Made by a program: the position numbers and the translations under genes
Shown here: positions 10,244-18,705 of the stretch, in pieces
Position numbering within the stretch: the first letter of the stretch is position 1
Layout: each line of letters opens with the position of its first letter
Notes under the pieces: generated by a model
Database searches by the model: none
Told to the model about the DNA's origin: nothing
The model's input: the letters and a program-made list of their open reading frames with translations, nothing else
Origin: Pseudomonadota bacterium
Lineage (GTDB): Bacteria > Pseudomonadota > Alphaproteobacteria > Micavibrionales > CSBR16-224
DNA: 64,000 nucleotides
Assembly (NCBI GenBank): GCA_013285465.1
Contig: CP053449.1
Location: 611,179 to 675,178, forward strand
Reading direction: 5' to 3'

Positions 10244-11500
10244 ATGAAGCTTCACCCCACACCGGAATCCCCGACACTTGTCATGCATAATATGGCTTCC
10301 TTGCGTGAAACCGCAGGCCAGCCTGTGATTAAATTCGGTTTTGGCCAGTCACCTTTTCCGCCGCCGGCGGTGGTGATTGAAGCATTACGCGCCAATGCCC
10401 ACCGCCATGACTACACGCCTGTTGCGGGTATTCCGGCATTAAGGCAGGCGGTTGCCGCGCATCACAAGCAATTCGACGACATTGACTGCACGGATAAAAA
10501 TATCCTGATCAGCGCGGGGTCCAAGGCGCTGCTTTATGCCGCGATGGCAGCTTTTCAAAATGCGGCGGTGATTATTCCCGCCCCTGCATGGGTGTCCTAC
10601 GGGCCGCAGGCTGAATTGATCGGTCATGAGATTGTCCCCCTGCCGCGTATGGCAGGGAAAGACTGGCGGATTACGCCTGATGATTTGCAACAAGCAGCAG
10701 ATCAATGCAGCGCAGGGCGTGATAAAATCCTGATTTTCAATGCGCCGGGAAATCCTGACGGTATTTGCTATGCGGCGGACGAGCTGCAAGCGCTGGCGGA
10801 AGTTGCACGGAAAAACGATATGCTGGTTATTTCGGATGAAATCTATGGGCGCTTGCATTTTGAGAACGCCCATTTAAGCATGGCGCGTTTTTATCCTGAA
10901 AAAACCGTCGTCACATCCGGTCTGTCAAAATGGGGCGGCGCAGGCGGCTGGCGTCTGGGGACGGCAGTTGTACCGGAAGCTTTGTCTGATTTGCGGGATG
11001 CGATGCTGGGGATTTTGTCCGAAATCGTCTCTTGTGCGCCGACGCCTATACAGATGGCGGCGCTGACCGCTTATCAGGACAGCCCCGAAATGCAGGATGC
11101 GCTGACCCGCCGCCGCAATATTCTGAAAGCAATCGGGACACATAGTTACGAGGTGCTGACATCTGCCGGGATCGGCTGCACCAAACCGGAAGGCGGCTTT
11201 TACTGCTTTGTCGATTTTATGCCGATGCAGGATGTTTTTGCCAAGCGCGGGATTAAGGATTCCTACGGCTTGTGTGAAGCCCTGCTACAGGAAACAGGTG
11301 TGGCGCTTTTGGCCGGTCAGGCATTCGGTATGGCGCCGGATTATCTGTCGGCGCGGCTGGCCTTTGTTGATTTTGACGGACGCGCAGCGCTGGACGCGGC
11401 GAAGACGGAAAATGTCGATGAGGCATTCTTACAAAAATATTGCGGTAAAACCTGTCAGGGACTTGCTGCGATCAAGACATGGCTGGAAGGGCTGAAATAG
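10244..11500 (+). CDS. Class I/II PLP-dependent aminotransferase
   Basis: It has 'IFNAPGNPDG' and the PLP-lysine block 'SGLSKWGGAGGWRLG'. The start is uncertain (10244 or about 10283). Confidence 0.85.
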   Translation: MKLHPTPESPTLVMHNMASLRETAGQPVIKFGFGQSPFPPPAVVIEALRANAHRHDYTPVAGIPALRQAVAAHHKQFDDIDCTDKNILISAGSKALLYAAMAAFQNAAVIIPAPAWVSYGPQAELIGHEIVPLPRMAGKDWRITPDDLQQAADQCSAGRDKILIFNAPGNPDGICYAADELQALAEVARKNDMLVISDEIYGRLHFENAHLSMARFYPEKTVVTSGLSKWGGAGGWRLGTAVVPEALSDLRDAMLGILSEIVSCAPTPIQMAALTAYQDSPEMQDALTRRRNILKAIGTHSYEVLTSAGIGCTKPEGGFYCFVDFMPMQDVFAKRGIKDSYGLCEALLQETGVALLAGQAFGMAPDYLSARLAFVDFDGRAALDAAKTENVDEAFLQKYCGKTCQGLAAIKTWLEGLK

Positions 11501-11523
11501 GAAGGCGGATTCCGCACACCCGT

Positions 11524-13800
11524 ATGGAAAAGCACAAAACAAGCAAAACAAAAAGCCCTGTTGCAAAAGCCGGGCTCGCAAGCCAAAGGGCAAAGAAAAC
11601 AGGTGAGAAGGTGCTGCGCATCAATCTTGAAAACCTGAAAATCAGCCCGCGTTTTGCGCTGTTTATCCTTAGTCTTCTTTATCTTTATGCCGAGCTGGTC
11701 TTTAACCTGTTGATGCTGGATGCTGCGGGAACCAGCATGACGACCCCGCGGGAAATTGATGACATCCAGTTTTTCGGACGGATGACATCGGCTTTCGGTT
11801 TTACGCTGCTGGTGCTGGGCCTGTTTGCAAAAAACGGCTTTGTCCTGAAAACACCGACCGATTGGCGCGTGGCATGGGCAACGGTCTTTCTGTGTTCCTT
11901 TCCGTTATTTCTGACTTACGGCGATATTATTTTCGGAACAATAACGGGACGCGGCATCCATGATGCCTCCGTGAATCAGGAAATGCACTGGTCTTTTGTC
12001 ACGATGGGCGGCTGTGTCATATTCCTTGCAACGCGCGGCAGTAATGCCGTTTTTACGATTTTCGGCATTGTGATGATGGCCTTTCCGGCCATGTTTTCAG
12101 GGCAGAAATTGCTGGTGGAACGTTACGTTGTTTCCCCGACATCATGGGAACAAAGGCTGGTTGCACGTCATATGCTGATGGCGCGCAGCAGCGCCGAGGA
12201 ATGTATGATTAAACTCGGCACGCTGGATTTGTGTCATGTTGCGATCAAGAATGATGATCTGCGCAGTTTGAATGCGGTTTTCGCGACCTATATGGCCTTT
12301 GCCTATAAGGAGGTGCTGGCGGAACTGGAGGCACAGAAAGAAACCGTGCTGTGGAACATGGTGATGAAAAACACATGGTTCGGCGTGGATGAGGCCTATA
12401 CGCGTTATCTGTACAAAATCGAAGACGCGAATAAGGCGGTACAGATGCAATACGAAAATGTGATGGGGCAGTATGCCAAGCGTAAAACCCGTTTTATGCA
12501 GACGCTTTACAGCCAGTATACCGAAGCGTCTTCACGTTATTACCGTGCGCTTGACCACCGCAAGGCGCAGGAAATCGCCGCAGATGCCTGGGAAAGAATT
12601 GAGAAAAAGAAAAATGAAGGCTGGGATCAATACCGGCGTGCCGCTGTTAATTACAATACGTCGCTGGACGGAATCGCGCGGGACATCAAGGCAAAGCTGA
12701 TGCGCGTTTATAATCTGTCGCGCTGTTTCGAAGCGCATTGTGAGCGTGAAACGCGGCAGGCCTATAATTTGCTCTATGTGGAATACGGGGCCTATGCGAA
12801 AGAGCTGGAGAAGGCGTGCGGCGGCGATCTGATGGAGCATCCCTGCGCGTTGACGGAAAAAGAGATTGCGGATTATCTTCACCACAAAAAAGATCCGGAA
12901 TTTATTGCATCCAGCGGTCTGCCGCCTGATCTGGACACGCGCGCGGCGTTTTTGGCGCATGAGAAAATAAAAGAAAATACTGATACCGCCATCAGGGAAG
13001 CCTTTGCGGCGGAGCTGGAAAAGCAGAATATCAGTCTGCGGAATGAGAAAATACCGGTGTTCCTCTCGCAGCAGGATATCGAGAATTATATCATGCGGAA
13101 AATGCAGGAACGTGCCGATCAGAAATGGGCGGCACTGGTTGCCGGAAGTCTTGGGTTTTACGTGCCGCCGGGCTTAAGCTGGGAAGAGTTTTTTGCCGTG
13201 CTGGATGAAAAGCCGGCGATGATTAAATTGCGTAAACAGGCGGAAAGCATCCCGCCGCCGCCGGAGGTTGAAGCTCTGAACCGCGAGCAATTTGTACAAA
13301 AATACATCATCCCGGAATACCGTTCGGAGGCGATTAAATATTTTGATGAAATCAAAAAAGAAGGACCGGAATACGCAAACGGACAACGTCTTGCCAATCA
13401 GGGCAAGGATTATGTGCGCGCCATGTTTATTCCGTCAATTGCACTGGGATTGTCGCTGTTTATCGCGATTTTGACGATCGGAAAAAATATAATCTTTCTG
13501 CTGTCCTATTTGTTTAAATTTTCCTATTTTGCGCTTGGCGGTGCAGCGGAGAAATTCCGGCGGGCGGAGACGGGTTTTTATACGCTGGCATGGGGGATTT
13601 TCGCGCTGCTGTTTTCCTTGCTGGTGGTTTTCAGCCACAATGTCTATACCGAAAACGAGACTTATAAACTCTATTATCAGCGGGTGGCAGAGCGTTCGAA
13701 ACCGATTGCCGTCGGTCTGGATACGATTGTGCGTATGCAGCCGATTATTTACGGGCAGGGGCAGAAAGTCGTCGATTATCTGGGAGGATTGCGCCGCTAA
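11524..13800 (+). CDS. Large polytopic membrane protein with a ~430-aa soluble helical insert, unknown function
   Basis: An N-terminal TM cluster and a C-terminal TM cluster flank a charged helical region. The start could be 11479 or 11524; GGAAGG lies upstream of 11524. Confidence 0.65.
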   Translation: MEKHKTSKTKSPVAKAGLASQRAKKTGEKVLRINLENLKISPRFALFILSLLYLYAELVFNLLMLDAAGTSMTTPREIDDIQFFGRMTSAFGFTLLVLGLFAKNGFVLKTPTDWRVAWATVFLCSFPLFLTYGDIIFGTITGRGIHDASVNQEMHWSFVTMGGCVIFLATRGSNAVFTIFGIVMMAFPAMFSGQKLLVERYVVSPTSWEQRLVARHMLMARSSAEECMIKLGTLDLCHVAIKNDDLRSLNAVFATYMAFAYKEVLAELEAQKETVLWNMVMKNTWFGVDEAYTRYLYKIEDANKAVQMQYENVMGQYAKRKTRFMQTLYSQYTEASSRYYRALDHRKAQEIAADAWERIEKKKNEGWDQYRRAAVNYNTSLDGIARDIKAKLMRVYNLSRCFEAHCERETRQAYNLLYVEYGAYAKELEKACGGDLMEHPCALTEKEIADYLHHKKDPEFIASSGLPPDLDTRAAFLAHEKIKENTDTAIREAFAAELEKQNISLRNEKIPVFLSQQDIENYIMRKMQERADQKWAALVAGSLGFYVPPGLSWEEFFAVLDEKPAMIKLRKQAESIPPPPEVEALNREQFVQKYIIPEYRSEAIKYFDEIKKEGPEYANGQRLANQGKDYVRAMFIPSIALGLSLFIAILTIGKNIIFLLSYLFKFSYFALGGAAEKFRRAETGFYTLAWGIFALLFSLLVVFSHNVYTENETYKLYYQRVAERSKPIAVGLDTIVRMQPIIYGQGQKVVDYLGGLRR

Positions 13801-13814
13801 AAGCAGCGGCGCCG

Positions 13815-13841
13815 CGCCCCGCCGCGACAGGCGGCAGGGCG
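13815..13841. terminator. GC-rich hairpin between convergent genes
   Basis: The arms CGCCCCGCCGC and GCGGCAGGGCG (1 mismatch) flank the loop GACAG. The T-run is displaced by about 10 nt, so this is only a moderate terminator candidate. Confidence 0.4.
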
Positions 13842-13853
13842 GGTGCACAAAAA

Positions 13854-14207
13854 TTATTTTTTTGTCTTGGTCGGTTTCTTGGCGGCAGGCTTTTTCGCCG
13901 CAACTTTCTTTGCTGCGGGTTTGGCGGCTGCTTTTTTAACAGCAGGCTTTTTTGCCGCAGCTTTCTTGGCAACAGGTTTCTTGGTAACGGTTTTCTTTGC
14001 CGCGGGTTTTGCAGCCGCTTTTTTAACGGCAGGTTTTTTGGCGGCACTTGTCTTCTTGGCAGTAGAGGCTTTGGCGGTTTTGGCTGCTGTTTTTGCAGTT
14101 TTTGTCGCCGTCTTTGCAGCAGTTTTCTTAGCCGGAGCAGCTTTCTTTTTTGCCGTCGCGGGTTTGGAAGGCGTCGCCGCCTTCTTGGTCGTCGCTTTTG
14201 TGCTCAT
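13854..14207 (-). CDS. Histone H1-like lysine/alanine-rich nucleoid protein (117 aa)
   Basis: The protein 'MSTKATTKKAATPSKPATAKKKAAPAKK...' contains repeated 'AAKKPAVKKAAAKPAAKK'. The start is trimmed to the ATG at 14207. Confidence 0.8.
   Translation of the reverse strand: MSTKATTKKAATPSKPATAKKKAAPAKKTAAKTATKTAKTAAKTAKASTAKKTSAAKKPAVKKAAAKPAAKKTVTKKPVAKKAAAKKPAVKKAAAKPAAKKVAAKKPAAKKPTKTKK
13907..14046. repeat. Imperfect ~50-bp direct repeat (period ~89 bp) inside the K/A-rich gene
   Basis: 13907..13957 'ctttgctgcgggtttggcggctgcttttttaacagcaggcttttttgccgc' matches 13996..14046 'ctttgccgcgggttttgcagccgcttttttaacggcaggttttttggcggc'. Confidence 0.6.
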
Positions 14208-14427
14208 AGAGATATTCCCCTGAATGTTGCGTTGAAGATGCAGCCGCGGTGCAGAACGCACATGGCTACAGCTTTTATTATACCATAATTGCGAATCGGA
14301 TATATGGTTTTTCTGCAACAGTGCTGCAACATTCTGCATTTTTATTTTGCAGCAATATGGCATCTTAAAAGTGTATTATCTTTATAATATCGCTGAATAA
14401 TTCCGCGCCGCCGGATGGGGGGATTCC

Positions 14428-15408
14428 TTATTTTCCGCGCGTGTGTTTGCGCCATGCGGAAACGTTGCGGTTGTGCTCTTTTAGCGTTGCGGCAAAAGCA
14501 TGGCCGCCGCTGCCATCGGCGACAAAATACAGGTAATTGTGTTTTTCAGGATGCAATGTCGCCACAATGCTGTCATAGCCCGGATGGCAGATCGGTCCGG
14601 GCGGCAATCCGGCAATCTGATACGTGTTGTAAGGATGGGCAAGGGACAGGTCTTTTTTGTAAAGCGGACGGTCCATCGGTTTTTTGCCGCCGTCGGTCAG
14701 CGCATAAATCACCGTCGGGTCGGTTTGCAGCGGCATACCGCGTTTCAGGCGGTTCAGAAATACGCCGGCCACGCGCGCACGCTCACCCGCGATACCTGTT
14801 TCTTTTTCAACGATAGAGGCCATGATGACGGCCTCCTCCAGTGTTTTGTAAGGCAAGCCGTCTTCGCGTTTTTCCCATTCCTCTTCCAGCATTTTGCTCA
14901 TTTGCATCTGCATGCGCCGGATCAGATCATTGCGCGTGGTGCCGCGCGTGAAATAATAGGTTTCAGGGAAGAGTGTGCCGTCTTTCGGCACTGTTTCAAT
15001 CTCGCCGGTCAATGTTTCATCCGCATTCAGCATGGCAATAATCTGCCACGAGGTCAGCCCTTCGGGAATGGTCAGGCGGTTCTGGTGCATCTTGCCCGAG
15101 ACAAGAACATCGATCACTTCCGCAGCGGAGCTGTGGGCGAGAATATCATATTCCCCTGCGCGCAGCTGTTTATCGGCTTTTTTGATACGCGTTCCCAGCA
15201 GGAACACCCAGTCGTAACGGATGATGCCGTCATTTTTCAGCTGCCGTGCGATGGCGGGAACGGACGCGCCGGGGGCAATGAGTATGACACGATCTGTGTC
15301 AAGCGGGCCGGGTTTGTGTAATTCGTGATAGCTCCACAGCCCGGCGCTTGCGGCGACAATCACAGCCAGAATAAAAAGCGAAAACAGGGCGTGGAACAAA
15401 GCTTTCAT
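14428..15408 (-). CDS. mltG: Endolytic murein transglycosylase MltG (YceG-like)
   Basis: It has an N-terminal TM helix and the motifs 'LRAGEYDI', 'ASIVEKE', 'LQTDPTVIY' and 'YNTYQIAGLPPGPICHPG'. Confidence 0.9.
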   Translation of the reverse strand: MKALFHALFSLFILAVIVAASAGLWSYHELHKPGPLDTDRVILIAPGASVPAIARQLKNDGIIRYDWVFLLGTRIKKADKQLRAGEYDILAHSSAAEVIDVLVSGKMHQNRLTIPEGLTSWQIIAMLNADETLTGEIETVPKDGTLFPETYYFTRGTTRNDLIRRMQMQMSKMLEEEWEKREDGLPYKTLEEAVIMASIVEKETGIAGERARVAGVFLNRLKRGMPLQTDPTVIYALTDGGKKPMDRPLYKKDLSLAHPYNTYQIAGLPPGPICHPGYDSIVATLHPEKHNYLYFVADGSGGHAFAATLKEHNRNVSAWRKHTRGK

Positions 15409-15448
15409 CGGGAGGCGTTATATCCTCTTCACTGCGGTATGCCGCATA

Positions 15449-16723
15449 TTATACTTTGCGGAAAACAAGTGAGGCATTGGTGCCGCCGAAACCGAAAGAA
15501 TTCGACAGTGCAACATTGACCTGTTTTTCCTGTGCCTTATGCGGCACCAGATTGAAACCTTCGCAGGCATCCGAGGGATCATCCAGATTAAGCGTCGGCG
15601 GAACGATACCGGTTTCCATCGCTTTCAGCGTGTAGATGGCTTCAACCGCACCGGCAGCACCCAGCAGATGGCCGATGGATGATTTTGTCGAAGACATGGC
15701 GATGTTTTTGATGGCATCACCGAACAGTCTTTTCACGGCGCGCAGTTCAATATCATCGCCCAGGGGTGTTGATGTACCATGTGCATTGATATAATCGACA
15801 TCATCGGCGGAAATTCCGGCGCGGCGCAAAGCATTCTGCATGGAACGGAAACCGCCGTCGCCGTCTTCGGCGGGGGATGTCACATGATACGCATCACCGG
15901 ACATGCCGTAACCGATCACTTCACCGTAAATTGTCGCACCGCGGGCTTTCGCATGTTCCAGCTCTTCCAGCACAACAACGCCTGCACCTTCGGCAATCAC
16001 AAAACCGTCGCGACCTTTATCAAAGGGACGCGTGGCTTTTTCCGGGCTGTCATTATATCCGGTGGATAAGGCACGGCAGGCGGCAAAACCGCCGACACCG
16101 ATGCGGCTGATGGCGGCTTCGGCACCGCCGGCAACGATGACATCGGCATCATCCAGCATAATCAGGCGCGCGGCATCACCGATCGCATGCGTGCCCGTGG
16201 CACAGGCCGTGACGACGGAATGGTTCGGGCCTTTAAAACCGTATTTGATCGAGACCTGCCCCGAAGCCAGATTGATCAGGGAAGAGGGAATAAAGAAAGG
16301 GGAAATCCGGCGCGGGCCTTTTTCCTGTAAAATGATGGAATTGTCATGAATATTGATCAATCCGCCGATGCCCGATCCGATCAGCACACCGGTGCGGTTT
16401 TGCTGTTCCGGCGTCGCGGCAACCCAGCCGCTGTGTTCCACGGCTTCCTGCGCGGCGATCAGGGCGAAATGAATGAATTTATCCATTTTGCGCTGGTCTT
16501 TTGAAGAAATGTAATCCTCAAGCGTTAACGCGCCTTGCGCGGGAGCATCCTCCCATGATGTCAGCGGCACTTCCCCTGCGACCTGCGAGGGCATATCGGA
16601 AGGGTCAAAGCTTTTGATATTGCGGATGCCGGATACGCCAGACGAAATTTCCTGCCAGTTATGCCCGACACCGACGCCCAGCGGGCTGACCATGCCAAGT
16701 CCTGTCACAACAACGCGTCTCAT
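15449..16723 (-). CDS. fabF: 3-oxoacyl-ACP synthase II
   Basis: The active-site Cys block 'VVTACATGTHAIGDA' is present, along with 'HGTSTPLGD' and 'NSFGFGGTNASLVF'. Confidence 0.95.
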   Translation of the reverse strand: MRRVVVTGLGMVSPLGVGVGHNWQEISSGVSGIRNIKSFDPSDMPSQVAGEVPLTSWEDAPAQGALTLEDYISSKDQRKMDKFIHFALIAAQEAVEHSGWVAATPEQQNRTGVLIGSGIGGLINIHDNSIILQEKGPRRISPFFIPSSLINLASGQVSIKYGFKGPNHSVVTACATGTHAIGDAARLIMLDDADVIVAGGAEAAISRIGVGGFAACRALSTGYNDSPEKATRPFDKGRDGFVIAEGAGVVVLEELEHAKARGATIYGEVIGYGMSGDAYHVTSPAEDGDGGFRSMQNALRRAGISADDVDYINAHGTSTPLGDDIELRAVKRLFGDAIKNIAMSSTKSSIGHLLGAAGAVEAIYTLKAMETGIVPPTLNLDDPSDACEGFNLVPHKAQEKQVNVALSNSFGFGGTNASLVFRKV

Positions 16724-16779
16724 GGGATATCGTCTTTCTTTATTTTTTATCTATTAGAGGCGAAAATCTGTACGCATAA

Positions 16780-16819
16780 AAATGCGGCTATACAAGTATA
16801 AGCAAGTATAGCCGCATTT
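16780..16819 (-). terminator. Stem-loop/attenuator between acpP and fabF
   Basis: The 13-bp arms AAATGCGGCTATA and TATAGCCGCATTT form a hairpin. A T-run follows on the minus-strand transcript. Confidence 0.55.
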
Positions 16820-16851
16820 CAATTCGTTTTAAGCCAGTCAAAAAGCGGCCC

Positions 16852-17094
16852 TTAAGCTGCTTCAGCGTTTTGCTGGATGAAATCGATTGCATCCTTGACC
16901 GTCATGATTTTTTCAGCGGCATCGTCGGGGATTTCCACGCCGAACTCTTCTTCAAAAGCCATGACAAGCTCAACCGTATCCAGGCTGTCTGCGCCCAGAT
17001 CATCGATAAAGCTTGCGGAGTCCGTAACTTTGTCTGCTGCAACGTCAAGCTGGTCAACGACAATCTTTTTTACGCGTTCTGTAATATCGCTCAT
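16852..17094 (-). CDS. acpP: Acyl carrier protein
   Basis: The 80-aa protein has the phosphopantetheine site '[21 protein letters not shown]'. Confidence 0.95.
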   Translation of the reverse strand: MSDITERVKKIVVDQLDVAADKVTDSASFIDDLGADSLDTVELVMAFEEEFGVEIPDDAAEKIMTVKDAIDFIQQNAEAA

Positions 17095-17212
17095 CGTATT
17101 TTTCCTTTCGCGAACTGTTTTACATTATAGTGATGAGAAACCTGAACCAGAAATCTAGTACAGAGGAACGGATAACACAATCTTTTTTCTTTGGCTAGGA
17201 TAAAAAACCGGA

Positions 17213-17569
17213 TTAAGCCCCGAGCTTCTCGGCGGCGCGCTGTGCCGATTGTATGGCTTTTTGCGGCATATCGGCGAATTTCGTGATACAGCTTGCCGCC
17301 GTATGTCCGTAATCGGTGGAGGTTGTGACGATCTGAAAATTGAAGTCGAAGACATGCATCTGCACGAATTTGTCTTCATGGGAGGTGATATGCGCAATGA
17401 TGCCTTTGCCCAGTTTCATAAAGCCGTCATTTTTCTTCAGCTCTTCTTCGCTGAAGGGGGTGGGGGCGGATTGCTTTGCCAGCAGATTGAAAATTTTTTC
17501 CAGCGTTTTCGCGGCATCCTTTGTATTTGCGGCCGTTTTGTCGAGACTTTCACCATAGACATAGGACAT
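17213..17569 (-). CDS. Small orphan protein (118 aa), distant paralog of the upstream ORF
   Basis: It starts 'MSYVYGESL'. It shares an architecture with 17577..17984: a central 'FDF' beta region and a C-terminal 'MPxK..S.AQ.A' helix. Confidence 0.55.
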   Translation of the reverse strand: MSYVYGESLDKTAANTKDAAKTLEKIFNLLAKQSAPTPFSEEELKKNDGFMKLGKGIIAHITSHEDKFVQMHVFDFNFQIVTTSTDYGHTAASCITKFADMPQKAIQSAQRAAEKLGA

Positions 17570-17576
17570 GTTTCTT

Positions 17577-17984
17577 TTACCTTTCGCGCCGTTGAATGCG
17601 TGAGAACTGCTGTCCGTGCGTCTTACCGGAAACCGCCTGTTGCGCATCACTGACCATTTTTGCAGGCATTTCGGAGAGCTTTTTCGTCTCGGTTGCCGCA
17701 AGCCGGTTCTGCTGGAACGTCATAACAGTGGCAAGACCGGTTTCAAAATCGAACTGATAGAGTTGCGTCAGGTCGCTGCCGATTGTTTTGGCTTTGACGG
17801 CTGTCTGGGCATCGAATTTATAAAAGCTTCCGTCTTTGGGAGCCTGTTTCAATGCCTGCGGCAGTTTCGGCGCTTGTGAGTCAAAGGCGTATCTTAACGC
17901 ATCGATCTCTTTTTTCAGCGGCTCCGTCGCCATGCTGTGTACGGCCTGCTCTATGACTTTTCTGTCCCAATAATCAAAGCTCAT
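17577..17984 (-). CDS. Small orphan protein (135 aa)
   Basis: It contains 'YQFDFETGLATVMTF' and 'EMPAKMVSDAQQAV'. A 7-nt gap separates it from the next ORF on the same strand. Confidence 0.55.
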   Translation of the reverse strand: MSFDYWDRKVIEQAVHSMATEPLKKEIDALRYAFDSQAPKLPQALKQAPKDGSFYKFDAQTAVKAKTIGSDLTQLYQFDFETGLATVMTFQQNRLAATETKKLSEMPAKMVSDAQQAVSGKTHGQQFSRIQRRER

Positions 17985-18045
17985 GATATCCCTCCTTTAG
18001 ACGCATTTAAAAACATGAAAATAATAATATGAAAAATAATAAAAG

Positions 18046-18705
18046 TCAAGCAGCGTCAGGCTTGCGGTTGCCGAAAACGGCGGTGCCGATACGGATTTCC
18101 GTGGCGCCGAATGTGATGGCGGTGTCGTAATCTCCACTCATCCCCATGCTGAGTTCTTTCAGGCCATGGGCTGCGGCCAGTTTATGAAGCAGGGCGAAAT
18201 GCGGTGCCGCAGCCTCGTCAGCGGGCGGGATGCACATCAGCCCGCGTATATCCAGTTTGCAGTCTTTCGTGCAGAAATCGAAAAATCCTGGCAGGTCACG
18301 GGGGGCAATCCCCGATTTTTGCGGTTCTTCACCGGTATTGACCTGAATATAGCAGGGAATCGCACAGTCATGCGCCGCAAGAGATTCGGCAAGTTTTTCA
18401 CGATCCAGCGTTTCGATCAGGTCGAAAATCTCCAGAGCGGTTTTGACTTTGTTGGTTTGCAGCGGGCCGATCAGGTGCAGTTCCACTTTTGGAAAACCTT
18501 CTTTCAGCGCCACCCATTTTTCGACCGCTTCCTGCACGCGGTTTTCGCCGAACAGCCGGTGTCCGGCTTTCAGGTAAGGCACAAGAATATCCTGCGGCTG
18601 GGTTTTTGAGGCCAGCAATAGCGCAACATCGGCAGGATCCCTGCCGCAAGTCTGTGCTGCGGATTTGATATCCTCAGAGAGTTTTTTCCAGTTTGCAATG
18701 CTCAT
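18046..18705 (-). CDS. yggS: PLP homeostasis protein YggS (UPF0001)
   Basis: Motifs 'FGENRVQEA', 'HLIGPLQTNKV' and 'LSMGMSGDY' are present. The start is trimmed to the ATG at 18705. Confidence 0.9.
   Translation of the reverse strand: MSIANWKKLSEDIKSAAQTCGRDPADVALLLASKTQPQDILVPYLKAGHRLFGENRVQEAVEKWVALKEGFPKVELHLIGPLQTNKVKTALEIFDLIETLDREKLAESLAAHDCAIPCYIQVNTGEEPQKSGIAPRDLPGFFDFCTKDCKLDIRGLMCIPPADEAAAPHFALLHKLAAAHGLKELSMGMSGDYDTAITFGATEIRIGTAVFGNRKPDAA

Noticed and set aside
9347-10288. N-terminally extended ORF versions from the track: yaaA 313 aa, yggS 320 aa (18046..19008), prs 351 aa (34244..35299), rnd 404 aa, the histone-like gene 169 aa and the dsbC-like gene 364 aa.
   Set aside because: The extensions are Cys/Arg-rich or overlap neighbouring genes. 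Internal ATGs give N-termini that match the conserved family starts (for example 'MLVLISPAKK' and '[10 protein letters not shown]').
13843-14223. A 126-aa plus-strand F/A/G-rich ORF opposite the K/A-rich gene.
   Set aside because: It is the complement of AAG/GCN repeats. The minus-strand K/A product matches a known class of histone H1-like proteins and has a plausible ATG.
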